Virus record (IMG/VR): IMGVR_UViG_3300045988_011290
Location: 1-37,717 of that record
Length of the DNA: 37,717 bases
Direction: 5' to 3' (one strand)
From: a virus
A program made the translations under genes and the position numbers. Below, piece after piece: positions 1 to 6,706 of the stretch (the stretch's first letter is position 1; each line of letters begins with the position of its first letter). The notes beneath the pieces are model-generated. The model had not been told where the DNA came from, made no database searches, and saw nothing but the letters and a program-made list of their open reading frames with translations.

Positions 1-162
1 GTGTTAGAGGATGCTCCGCAGTTACCTGTGTTAGAGGATGCTCCGTAGTCCCCTGTGTTAGAGGATGCTCCGCGGTACCCTGTGTTAGAGGATGCTCCGC
101 GGTACCCTGTGTTAGAGGATGCTCCGCAGTTACCTGTGTTAGAGGATGCTCCGCGGTACCCT
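1..162 (-). repeat. 27-bp in-frame tandem repeat, six units in order A-B-C-C-A-C, followed by a degenerate unit
   Basis: Unit gtgttagaggatgctccg-NNNNNN-cct recurs head to tail. Units differ only in a roughly 6-nt patch (cagtta / tagtcc / cggtac). Confidence 0.95.
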
Positions 163-506
163 GTGTTATGAGCATCTTCTGTAGGATTAGTACGCTCTGT
201 TGTATATTCGATTGCGGCTTGTACCAGTCCTGGTATTCCTATTCGTGCTCCGATCTTGATCTTTGTTGCTGCTACCTTGCTATCATCCGAGCTCTTAGAC
301 AACTTTCCGCTCTGCTCGACCTCGTGGTACACGCTTTTGCTTGGCGCATAATAATTAAAACAGTCTAGTGGATACTCGCAAGCATGGAACCCTGCATCGC
401 ATACTTTTGCTTTGTCTTCCTCGTATTCCTTGCCCTCCTCGTATCGAAAACCTCGACAAGTCATATCTTTCTCAAATCCTTTATAGCTCTTAATTACTTC
501 TTCCAT
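1..506 (-). CDS. N-terminal part of the tandem-repeat protein; the gene continues across the window junction into 37717..37370
   Basis: ATG at 506 preceded by GGAGGT. Translation is MEEVIKSYKGFEKDMTCRGFRYEEGKEYEEDKAKVCDAGFHACEYPLDCFNYY...HNT followed by (G-x-x-GASSNT) repeats. The frame is still open at position 1. Confidence 0.75.
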   Translation of the reverse strand, partial: MEEVIKSYKGFEKDMTCRGFRYEEGKEYEEDKAKVCDAGFHACEYPLDCFNYYAPSKSVYHEVEQSGKLSKSSDDSKVAATKIKIGARIGIPGLVQAAIEYTTERTNPTEDAHNTGYRGASSNTGNCGASSNTGYRGASSNTGYRGASSNTGDYGASSNTGNCGASSN

Positions 507-987
507 TTTTACCTCCTGTCTCCTGCGCTTGCAGGATTCCTATCGTTAAACTATCCATGTCATACTTCCTGCCAGCAAAGTTATTAAATCTACGCCTGTT
601 CTTTTTCTTCCTGTCATCCTGATACGTTTTTACATCCATTGCGCTACTCTTCCAATTCTCTTGCTTGTATTCTGTTTGATACTTATCATAGTTATTAATC
701 TTGTACACACTTTTTTTAGACTTTGCGCATGGTCTTCGTAAAATTTCTCCGGTAGTTTCCAGATGTTTCAATGCCGTCCTAACTTCGCTGACGCTCATCT
801 TCGTTTCTTCTGACAGCTCCGATAGCGACGATACGCACGCTCCGCGATCAATCTCTTCGCCTTTGTATGCTGTCGTTTTCCATTCTGCTTTTAACAGTAG
901 ATGCATAAACAGCCGGAACGTGTTTACATCTTTGTACCATTCCCATCCGAGTATTTTTCTGCTAATCTTGATATATCCATCATTCAT
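490..987 (-). CDS. Putative replisome organizer / replication initiation protein (winged-helix, DnaD-like N-terminal region)
   Basis: N-terminus YIKISRKILGWEWYKDVNTFRLFMHLLLKA is typical of phage replisome-organizer N-terminal domains. It sits in the early operon next to rusA, and its start overlaps the RusA stop (ATGAATGA). Confidence 0.6.
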   Translation of the reverse strand: MNDGYIKISRKILGWEWYKDVNTFRLFMHLLLKAEWKTTAYKGEEIDRGACVSSLSELSEETKMSVSEVRTALKHLETTGEILRRPCAKSKKSVYKINNYDKYQTEYKQENWKSSAMDVKTYQDDRKKKNRRRFNNFAGRKYDMDSLTIGILQAQETGGKNGRSN

Positions 988-1354
988 CCTCTATAATCTC
1001 TACCTCTATTCGTGGGTTACCTTTATCTACATAAAACTCGTCTTGAAAACCTTTCACATATCGCCAGCCGTCATCCTGCAAAACCCTTGTATCTACAAGC
1101 GCGTCCTGTATTACTTTGCGCCCGAATGCGCTGATATTATCCAGATCACGTCTCTTATTTGGCTCATACCATCTATACAGCATCCGCACTGGATTCTTGA
1201 TGCGCAATCTTCCCAGCTGTTCATATATTGCTTGCTTAACCACGTTTTCATTTTTTTGCTTAAGCTTTGCGCCTTTATATTGATTCGTCCGGCACGCACT
1301 CGTGTAGTCGTTCATGTTGTCCAGTCTCCCGGCAATGATTAGCGTATATCGCAT
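980..1354 (-). CDS. rusA: RusA-family Holliday junction resolvase
   Basis: Motif NKRRDLDNISAFGRKVIQDALVDTRVLQDDGW matches the RusA catalytic Asp cluster; size about 124 aa. The likely start is the internal ATG at 1354 (MRYTLIIAG); the ORF track extends to 1372. Confidence 0.85.
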   Translation of the reverse strand: MRYTLIIAGRLDNMNDYTSACRTNQYKGAKLKQKNENVVKQAIYEQLGRLRIKNPVRMLYRWYEPNKRRDLDNISAFGRKVIQDALVDTRVLQDDGWRYVKGFQDEFYVDKGNPRIEVEIIEDE

Positions 1355-1646
1355 CTCGTACCCACCCTTCATAAGTTTGTTTCATGCACATCCTTTTTAG
1401 CTGTATGCTTCTGGCTCTGTGCAGCTCCTTCTGGAAGTATATATTCGCTTCTGCCGCGTCTACCGGATCCAGCGGAAGCGGTCTAAAGATTCCATATCCG
1501 TTATTCAAAATGCAATCCCCATTCTTGTTTGCATGCTCAATCATTTTTCTAAGCAACCTATCCGTGCTTGGATTGGCTGGACGCTGAATCGCATTCATGT
1601 GCCCATCTGGTATCGCATAAAAGTAATCTTGTGCTGTCTTTTCCAA
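1275..1646 (-). CDS. Hypothetical early protein
   Basis: 123-aa ORF with AAGGAG-like RBS (agaaaggagaagtaattgg ATG). No recognisable motif. Its 3' end overlaps rusA by about 80 nt. Confidence 0.55.
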   Translation of the reverse strand: MEKTAQDYFYAIPDGHMNAIQRPANPSTDRLLRKMIEHANKNGDCILNNGYGIFRPLPLDPVDAAEANIYFQKELHRARSIQLKRMCMKQTYEGWVRDAIYANHCRETGQHERLHECVPDESI

Positions 1647-1771
1647 TTACTTCTCCTTTCTGCCGGAGCCACGCTTCTCCGGCTGTGTGATATATAGTGG
1701 TTTTTGTATGCTATAAAATGAGGTGTTATCTACATCTAGTTACATTTGCGTGGGAATCTATAGTTAATAAG

Positions 1772-2068
1772 TTACAACCATGATTTACCAAACTCTCGCC
1801 GGAAGTCTTCTCTGCTTCCGTGGTGCTCCTCAAAATGTTTTTGAGCCATCTGTTTTAGTTCCAGATCCAACCCATGATTCGGATCCATGTGCACACTGCC
1901 CGGCGCATTCTCGTGCAACCAGTGCGCCACTGGCATCACATAACCATATTCTTCTGACTTAGATCTTAATGAGCCATAAAAAATATGGTGTCTGTGTACG
2001 TAAGGTGAGCCTGTGTAGTAGCAATGATCCATATCGTCTGTAAATACGCTCTTAAGTCTCTTCGCCAA
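1772..2068 (-). CDS. Conserved-looking His/Cys-rich early protein, function unknown
   Basis: 98-aa ORF with a TTG start after GTGGGGTG. It has CYYTG...HRHHIF...H..H clusters suggestive of metal binding. No firm family call. Confidence 0.5.
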   Translation of the reverse strand: MAKRLKSVFTDDMDHCYYTGSPYVHRHHIFYGSLRSKSEEYGYVMPVAHWLHENAPGSVHMDPNHGLDLELKQMAQKHFEEHHGSREDFRREFGKSWL

Positions 2069-2624
2069 TCTTTACACCCCACTTCTGTACCATCTCCGCG
2101 ATCTGGTCTGGTGTTGCCGTCTCAATCCCTAAGTCTTTCGCTTGCCCGATCACAATATCAATCAGTCTGCTCATTTCCTTTGTGTCAAATGTATGTGATC
2201 CTCGAAGCATCATGTACGTTCTGTACAGCTTGCCATCCTTGCCGCCCTTGATCTGCGATGTAGGCTTTAGATGGACACTTTCATAAGCATCCACTTTTTT
2301 CTCTGCTTCTTCTGTGTCGGGAATAACCACATATACTGCCTGTCCATTTATCAGCTCTATGTATCCGCATTCCCTCAGATTCATGTTGTGCCGATACGCT
2401 GTACTCTCTCCGGTAGCTTCGCATATTTCGCTCAGCAGCCTCCAGTAGTAGGCGTTCGCATTTAGACTGCGAGACTTTCTTGAGCGCTTAATGACAGCAG
2501 ATACAGCCTTATCTTTCAATCGTTCGTATTCTTCTGTAATGTCTTGGTCTGTCTCAAGTGTAATCATCCACTTCCGTCTGCCATAATCTCGGTAGATCTG
2601 GACTATGTTTCCGCAGAAATTCAT
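2052..2624 (-). CDS. ninB: NinB/Orf-family recombination mediator (putative)
   Basis: RSLNANAYYWRLLSEI and GSHTFDTKEMSRLIDIVIGQAKDLGIE resemble the lambda NinB segments RSLDQNRKLWACLGDV and STSRMRVGEFAELLELIQAFG. ATGA overlap with the upstream annealase gene; ATG at 2624 after GAGGTG. Confidence 0.6.
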   Translation of the reverse strand: MNFCGNIVQIYRDYGRRKWMITLETDQDITEEYERLKDKAVSAVIKRSRKSRSLNANAYYWRLLSEICEATGESTAYRHNMNLRECGYIELINGQAVYVVIPDTEEAEKKVDAYESVHLKPTSQIKGGKDGKLYRTYMMLRGSHTFDTKEMSRLIDIVIGQAKDLGIETATPDQIAEMVQKWGVKIGEET

Positions 2625-3331
2625 GCACCACACCTCTTCTGGAATTCATCCGGGTGATTCATTATTCCGGTAAATTGATTGATATTCAACTCTTCAATTT
2701 TTGATACTCCATAGATATCGAGTATCTTCTTTTCATTAATGCTCTTTTTCGCAAAAACACTACGTAATGTGTTTATATGTGACTGTGTCACTCTTGGCAC
2801 TCCATTATCCGGCTTTTGATTTTTTTCTTCCTTTTTCTCACCGTACTGGTATACCGTTCTGCCTTTCTTATCAGCAATCACAAGTCTGTCAATCTTGCCA
2901 GAGTCGTCATATCCGATCTCCGACACTTTAAACCTATCATAGCAAGCTCTCTTATTGCCGTTTGTTACGATATTGCACTTATCAGCTCCGATAAACACAA
3001 ACGGTGCGGTGTACAGCTCCCTGCCAATCCCCCAGTTAAAGCATGCTCGTTTAAAACTGTCCGATGCCAGACCCTTTTCTTTTTCTGTGTTGCTTTCTGT
3101 ACCTGTGTCTTCCTTGCCGATCCACTGTTTCTTGTCTTTGTCCCAAATCGACACGATACAATTAGCGTTATCACGGCAGTGTGATCTCGTCCAATTCATG
3201 CTTCCTACCGTCTCATCCAAGATGTTCATGTCGCATCTTGCATCTTTGTACAGTAGGAGTGTTACTCCGGTATCTTTTACCTGTGACACTCTGCAATCTA
3301 TCTCATCTGCCCTCAACTTTCTAAACTCCAT
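2621..3331 (-). CDS. Rad52/Sak-type single-strand annealing protein
   Basis: LLLYKDARCDMNILDETVG...W...EKEKGLASDSFKRACFNWGIGRELY is the hallmark of Rad52/22 (Sak) annealases. Strong RBS AAGGAGGG. Confidence 0.85.
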   Translation of the reverse strand: MEFRKLRADEIDCRVSQVKDTGVTLLLYKDARCDMNILDETVGSMNWTRSHCRDNANCIVSIWDKDKKQWIGKEDTGTESNTEKEKGLASDSFKRACFNWGIGRELYTAPFVFIGADKCNIVTNGNKRACYDRFKVSEIGYDDSGKIDRLVIADKKGRTVYQYGEKKEEKNQKPDNGVPRVTQSHINTLRSVFAKKSINEKKILDIYGVSKIEELNINQFTGIMNHPDEFQKRCGA

Positions 3332-4008
3332 TACGCCCTCCTTAATGCCATATACTTCTTCTGGTTAGTACCATAGCCTTTTGTGATAACTTGCATACCA
3401 AGCCGGTGCCGTGCTCTGTGTATATCTGGTCTTCCTATACCTTCCGCTTGCGCCCTGTTCATGAGTTCGTTTTCCTCGACCATTCCGTCTTGGATCATGC
3501 TAATGATAAGGCGTTCTGCTTTCGCATCTTGTCCGCTTGCTTTCAGTGCTGCATCCATAAGCTCTTGCAACTCTTTAATACGTCCACTCATGGCAGACAT
3601 TCCGTTTGCTCCAGACAAAAGTGTTCTTACTGCTTCTATAGTTTCACGTATATCCTCAATGGATCTTGTTATCTCATCGATATTATCTGCATTGTTATTT
3701 GTGATACTCATCGTTTCCCGGATACATTTGTGCATCTCCTTAAGCTCATCTGCGTACATTCCACGTGTTTCGTTACCGTCTTTTTGTGTATCCTCTTCTT
3801 GCGTTATATCGTCAATCTCGCACTTTAGTATGGTGCATATAGCAAGCTTTTCAGCTCTTCCTGGTTGCCTTTCGGTTTTTTTGCAGCAAGATAGGTAAGA
3901 CCTATCGTGTCCTATTTCAACACTCACTTTTCCCATTGTTGACCCGCGTTCGCTTATAACCTTTTTCAGTTTGTCCCAGTCTATTTTCTTTGTTTCCATT
4001 GCCCCCAT
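3331..4008 (-). CDS. Hypothetical early protein with possible N-terminal HTH and C-terminal winged-helix-like segment
   Basis: 225-aa ORF with a TAATG stop-start overlap with the upstream gene. The acidic coiled middle and the C-terminal GIGRPDIHRARHRLGMQVITKGYG resemble DNA-binding tails of phage replication proteins. Confidence 0.5.
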   Translation of the reverse strand: MGAMETKKIDWDKLKKVISERGSTMGKVSVEIGHDRSYLSCCKKTERQPGRAEKLAICTILKCEIDDITQEEDTQKDGNETRGMYADELKEMHKCIRETMSITNNNADNIDEITRSIEDIRETIEAVRTLLSGANGMSAMSGRIKELQELMDAALKASGQDAKAERLIISMIQDGMVEENELMNRAQAEGIGRPDIHRARHRLGMQVITKGYGTNQKKYMALRRA

Positions 4009-4493
4009 TACCGAATCACCAAACTCTCTGACTGCTCCAGATGAGCGTAGTCCGTCTCGTTATTCTTCAAGTAGTTCTTAAGTCCTGCCTTATCAAGCTT
4101 CGGCTCTTGTTCAATCCACCACTCTTTCGGTATTTTTTCTTCGTTGTCTATCACGACTCCTGGAGTATTTTTGCGGATTCCGAACCCAAAAAGTGCGGTA
4201 GCGAACTTCTTTTTGCCTGTTGCAATCATTGCACTCTCAAGATATTTCTTGAGTCTTCCGGCATTGTTCATCTTCGCTTTCTTGCGCTCTGTCAGTCTCT
4301 TGATCTCTGCATCAATCTTTTCGGCGTCACCCTTTTCCTCTGCTATCACTTTTGCGATCGCATCAGCTTTCATTTCAAATTCGCCCTCTACTCCGTCTAA
4401 TGTGTCTTTAATTACATCGGCATCCAGATCGGCATCTTCCAACATCTCCAGAAGCTCCTTGTATTCTGATGTCAATTCATATAAGCTGTTCAT
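4008..4493 (-). CDS. Siphovirus Gp157-family protein
   Basis: MNSLYELTSEYKELLEML...DTLDG....KADAIAKVI...I..EIKRL..RKK... is the typical Gp157 layout. Likely start is ATG 4493 after GGGAGG. Confidence 0.75.
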   Translation of the reverse strand: MNSLYELTSEYKELLEMLEDADLDADVIKDTLDGVEGEFEMKADAIAKVIAEEKGDAEKIDAEIKRLTERKKAKMNNAGRLKKYLESAMIATGKKKFATALFGFGIRKNTPGVVIDNEEKIPKEWWIEQEPKLDKAGLKNYLKNNETDYAHLEQSESLVIR

Positions 4494-4668
4494 TTCCAAC
4501 GTACCTCCCATAATCTCTAATGCAGTCGCTGCATATTATCTTTTCATCGATGTCGTAAATAAAATCTCCCTCATACACCGGTTCACCGCACTGGTCGCAA
4601 TAATATATCGGATCTGGTTCTCTCGGTGGCGTGGTCTTCCATCTGTCATATCCATCAATCTCTTCCAT
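4477..4668 (-). CDS. Small zinc-ribbon-like protein
   Basis: CDQCG...16 residues...CSDC four-Cys pattern. The ORF track start is 4689; the internal ATG 4668 (MEEIDGYDRW) is an alternative. Confidence 0.5.
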   Translation of the reverse strand: MEEIDGYDRWKTTPPREPDPIYYCDQCGEPVYEGDFIYDIDEKIICSDCIRDYGRYVGNEQLI

Positions 4669-4891
4669 TCTGCTTAAGCTCCTCTTCATACTTTGCTTTC
4701 AGCTCTTCAAACTCGGTTTTCAGCTCATCAAGTGATCTTTCTGCCTGATTCGCTCTGGCATTCTCCCGATACCAGTCACTCTGTCTGCTGTCAGCCTCTG
4801 CTTCTGCCTTGCATTTGGTTTCGATTAGCTCTCTGTATTCCTGTATCGGAATGCTTACACGATCCACGTCTATAAATCTTACTTCTTCCAT
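4655..4891 (-). CDS. Small coiled-coil protein, unknown function
   Basis: ATG 4891 preceded by GGAGGT. Charged heptad-like sequence (ELKTEFEELKAKYEEELK). Confidence 0.5.
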   Translation of the reverse strand: MEEVRFIDVDRVSIPIQEYRELIETKCKAEAEADSRQSDWYRENARANQAERSLDELKTEFEELKAKYEEELKQNGRD

Positions 4892-4953
4892 CTCTTTACC
4901 TCCTGTGTTATAATAGCTATGGCTATTTAGTTGAGTGCTCCAGTCTTGCCGGA

Positions 4954-5142
4954 CTATCGTGGGCACTCTTTTTTGTACCTGTCTCTAATCTGACCACCAA
5001 TCACAGTCACCATACCCCATCCAATCTCTCGCATGAGATACGGCGTCAAAGATACGTTTCCGGCATTCTCTAATGGGAGTGCCACCCAAAACATGCCAAG
5101 TAGACCTGTGATAATAAGTGACCAGCCTATCGTTTTTCTCAT
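4954..5142 (-). CDS. Small two-TM membrane protein, first gene after the 400-bp regulatory gap
   Basis: 62 aa with RBS AAAGGAGA. Two hydrophobic segments: GWSLIITGLLGMFWVALPL and IGWGMVTVIGG. Confidence 0.55.
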   Translation of the reverse strand: MRKTIGWSLIITGLLGMFWVALPLENAGNVSLTPYLMREIGWGMVTVIGGQIRDRYKKECPR

Positions 5143-5272
5143 TTTTATTATGTCTCCTTTCTTTGTTCTTTATCTCTCACGCGCACGCGTTTTTTTATTT
5201 TTTTATTCTTAAGAATATTAAATTATATATATAATATATATCCGCGAGAACGTGTGATTCTCAGTGCGTATT

Positions 5273-5395
5273 TCGTGCGAATTATCGTGCGAAGTTGGAT
5301 TCTTAAAAGTCTCGCAAGCCTTGTAAACACTGGCTTTGCGGTGCATTCATATCGTGCGATTCTTCGTGCTAACTATCGTGCGAATTATCGTGCGA
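5273..5395. repeat. Iteron-like array: six copies of TCGTGC(G/T)A phased at exactly 12 bp, in two clusters
   Basis: Copies start at 5273, 5285, 5352, 5364 (TCGTGCTA), 5376 and 5388. The extended unit is A(T/C)TATCGTGCGA. The array lies in a 413-bp non-coding gap. Confidence 0.85.
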
Positions 5396-5555
5396 TAGTT
5401 TTTATTGATGTATTTTAACTATTTTTGCACCATGCGAAACTATGTTTTTCCTTATTTCAAGCCTTTTGTCGAATTTGCACTTATTGATGTTTTTTATCCA
5501 CTTTGCACGCTTTACGCCGTTAAAGTATTTCTTCCTGTTCTGGTTCTGTGTAGTT

Positions 5556-5867
5556 TCATTTCTGAGTCATTACAGACGCATCAGAGATAAGAACTCCGGC
5601 ATAAGCCAGTGACTCATACACATTAAACGGCGGCACGTGTTTCGCAGTCCTGCTGTCCATTAGGGCGGTTCTGTTGGCGCACCAGTCGATGAATACACCA
5701 ACGTGAATACGGCTCCCATTAAAAGGGTATCTGTATCGGCTTGAGTCCTTTTCCTGATATTTTCGTATTTCTGCCAGTCTGTTATCTACAGCCGTGTGGC
5801 TGTAGCCAACTAGCTCCCCGATCTCTTTACGTGTCATGTATATCGGGTTTCTCTCCATTCTTTCCAC
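5556..5867 (-). CDS. HTH DNA-binding protein (possibly excisionase/MerR-like HTH or Cro-like early regulator)
   Basis: MTRKEIGELVGYSHTAVDNRLAEI looks like a helix-turn-helix. The true start may be ATG 5837. Confidence 0.45.
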   Translation of the reverse strand: MERMERNPIYMTRKEIGELVGYSHTAVDNRLAEIRKYQEKDSSRYRYPFNGSRIHVGVFIDWCANRTALMDSRTAKHVPPFNVYESLAYAGVLISDASVMTQK

Positions 5868-6000
5868 CCCTCTCCATTTTTGCGTGAATGCTCAGCACCT
5901 CTGCACTGCCTTTTATCAGCAGCAGAGATGATCTATCCAAGTCTCTCAGCATTGGCACAATCTCATCAACCATACCCTGTACATCTTTTTCTCCTACCAT
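5827..6000 (-). CDS. Possible 57-aa ORF (below the ORF-track cutoff)
   Basis: ATG 6000 after AAAGGGGTGAAAAG. Translation MVGEKDVQGMVDEIVPMLRDLDRSSLLLIKGSAEVLSIHAK... It overlaps the start of the next gene. Confidence 0.3.
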   Translation of the reverse strand: MVGEKDVQGMVDEIVPMLRDLDRSSLLLIKGSAEVLSIHAKMERGGKNGEKPDIHDT

Positions 6001-6081
6001 CTTTTCACCCCTTTCTTTTTCTGGCGGTGACCTGTGCCACCGCCTAAGGAGAAATTATCACGACCTACCTCATCAGTGCCG

Positions 6082-6117
6082 GACGGTCATCCCCGGCAGA
6101 CGGTCATTGCTGACCGT
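6082..6117. promoter_or_regulatory. Operator-like repeats: GACGGTCAT x2 plus the perfect palindrome ACGGTCA-ttgc-TGACCGT
   Basis: Direct copies at 6082-6090 and 6099-6107. The inverted repeat at 6100-6117 ends 9 nt upstream of a -35 box. Confidence 0.5.
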
Positions 6118-6125
6118 TTCGGTTA

Positions 6126-6154
6126 TTGCCAATTCAATCACTCATTGCTACAAT
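6126..6154 (+). promoter_or_regulatory. Sigma-70-like promoter for the 6176 gene
   Basis: TTGCCA, 17 nt spacer, TACAAT. It lies 22 nt upstream of ATG 6176, which has an AAGGGAGG RBS. Confidence 0.5.
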
Positions 6155-6175
6155 AAAAGCAAGGGAGGAATTGTT

Positions 6176-6508
6176 ATGGACTTTTCAAATGTTAATTTAT
6201 TACTGCGTGAACAGCTGAAGCTATTTATCATGCGCTTTTATCATCCGGTATCTTATAAATTCATCGGCAAAGATCGGTGCACACTGGAGAACACATATAA
6301 ATTCATCGAATCTCACTATCGTTTCACCGATTCTACGAGAAACGATGTTCCAAATTATCCGGTGTATGATCTTACTGATACATACAGACGTTATTGCGTT
6401 TACAAACGCCACCAGTTCTATGACACAAAGGTCTGGCAATTAATCATCTCTGTGATGGCTGCTATCATTGCATCATTGCTGACAAATTTGATTATGGTTA
6501 AGGTTTGA
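6176..6508 (+). CDS. Tail-anchored membrane protein (110 aa), candidate lysogen-expressed exclusion/abortive factor
   Basis: ATG 6176 after AAGGGAGG. C-terminal TM VWQLIISVMAAIIASLLTNLIMV. It has its own promoter and lies on the lysogeny (plus) strand. The ORF-track upstream extension from 5888 has no RBS. Confidence 0.6.
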   Translation: MDFSNVNLLLREQLKLFIMRFYHPVSYKFIGKDRCTLENTYKFIESHYRFTDSTRNDVPNYPVYDLTDTYRRYCVYKRHQFYDTKVWQLIISVMAAIIASLLTNLIMVKV

Positions 6509-6665
6509 ATATTATCAGCAAAACTATAATCATTAACAGCACTGCGATGATAAGCCGATATCTTACAACTCGCCTATCGAAATAGTAGAACAGCTCCGCT
6601 ATTTCTGGCGGTGTTTTGAAATTCTTTTCCATGTACTCGAAGAACTCTTTATCTTTTTTTCTCAT
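6498..6665 (-). CDS. 55-aa tail-anchored membrane protein, first gene of the leftward (lytic) transcript
   Basis: ATG 6665 after AGGAGGAACAAC. Translation MRKKDKEFFEYMEKNFKTPPEIAELFYYFDRRVVRYRLIIAVLLMIIVLLIIFKP. Below the ORF-track cutoff. Its 3' end overlaps 6176..6508 by 11 nt. Confidence 0.55.
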   Translation of the reverse strand: MRKKDKEFFEYMEKNFKTPPEIAELFYYFDRRVVRYRLIIAVLLMIIVLLIIFKP

Positions 6666-6706
6666 GTTGTTCCTCCTGTTCTTTGTGTTGCTCTTTTATC
6701 TCGTTT

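Noticed and set aside
1-167. Regularly spaced 27-bp repeats that could superficially resemble a CRISPR array
   Set aside because: The units are directly adjacent with no spacers. They are in frame within a long minus-strand ORF and encode a 9-aa protein repeat. No cas genes or leader are present.
1275-1354. Unusually long (about 80 nt) overlap between ORF 1275..1646 and rusA, possibly indicating a frameshift or sequencing error
   Set aside because: Both frames are open, and the RusA N-terminus (MRYTLIIAG) looks complete. There is no slippery site. The most likely explanation is a genuine overlap or a non-functional tail of the upstream ORF. This cannot be resolved without homologues.
1664-1685. 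Hairpin GCCGGAG-ccacgctt-CTCCGGC in the 125-nt gap between ORFs 1772..2068 and 1275..1646, considered as a terminator or internal promoter region
   Set aside because: There is no U-tract on the transcribed (minus) strand, and the RBS of the next gene follows directly. Promoter-like hexamers nearby are weak. It may be an RNA stability or processing element, but the evidence is insufficient.
5495-5503. TTATCCACT, an 8/9 match to the DnaA box TTATCCACA, near the iterons
   Set aside because: It is a single copy. An 8-mer core is expected about once by chance in this amount of sequence, so it is not evidence for DnaA dependence on its own.
5405-5590. 61-aa plus-strand ORF inside the iteron-containing intergenic region
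   Set aside because: It has no RBS and a Phe/Tyr/Leu-rich translation typical of AT-rich non-coding DNA.
5888-6175. Upstream extension of ORF 5888..6508 giving a 206-aa protein
   Set aside because: There is no RBS at 5888. The extension runs through hairpins, operator-like repeats and a good promoter. ATG 6176 has an AAGGGAGG RBS, so only the last 110 aa are taken as coding.
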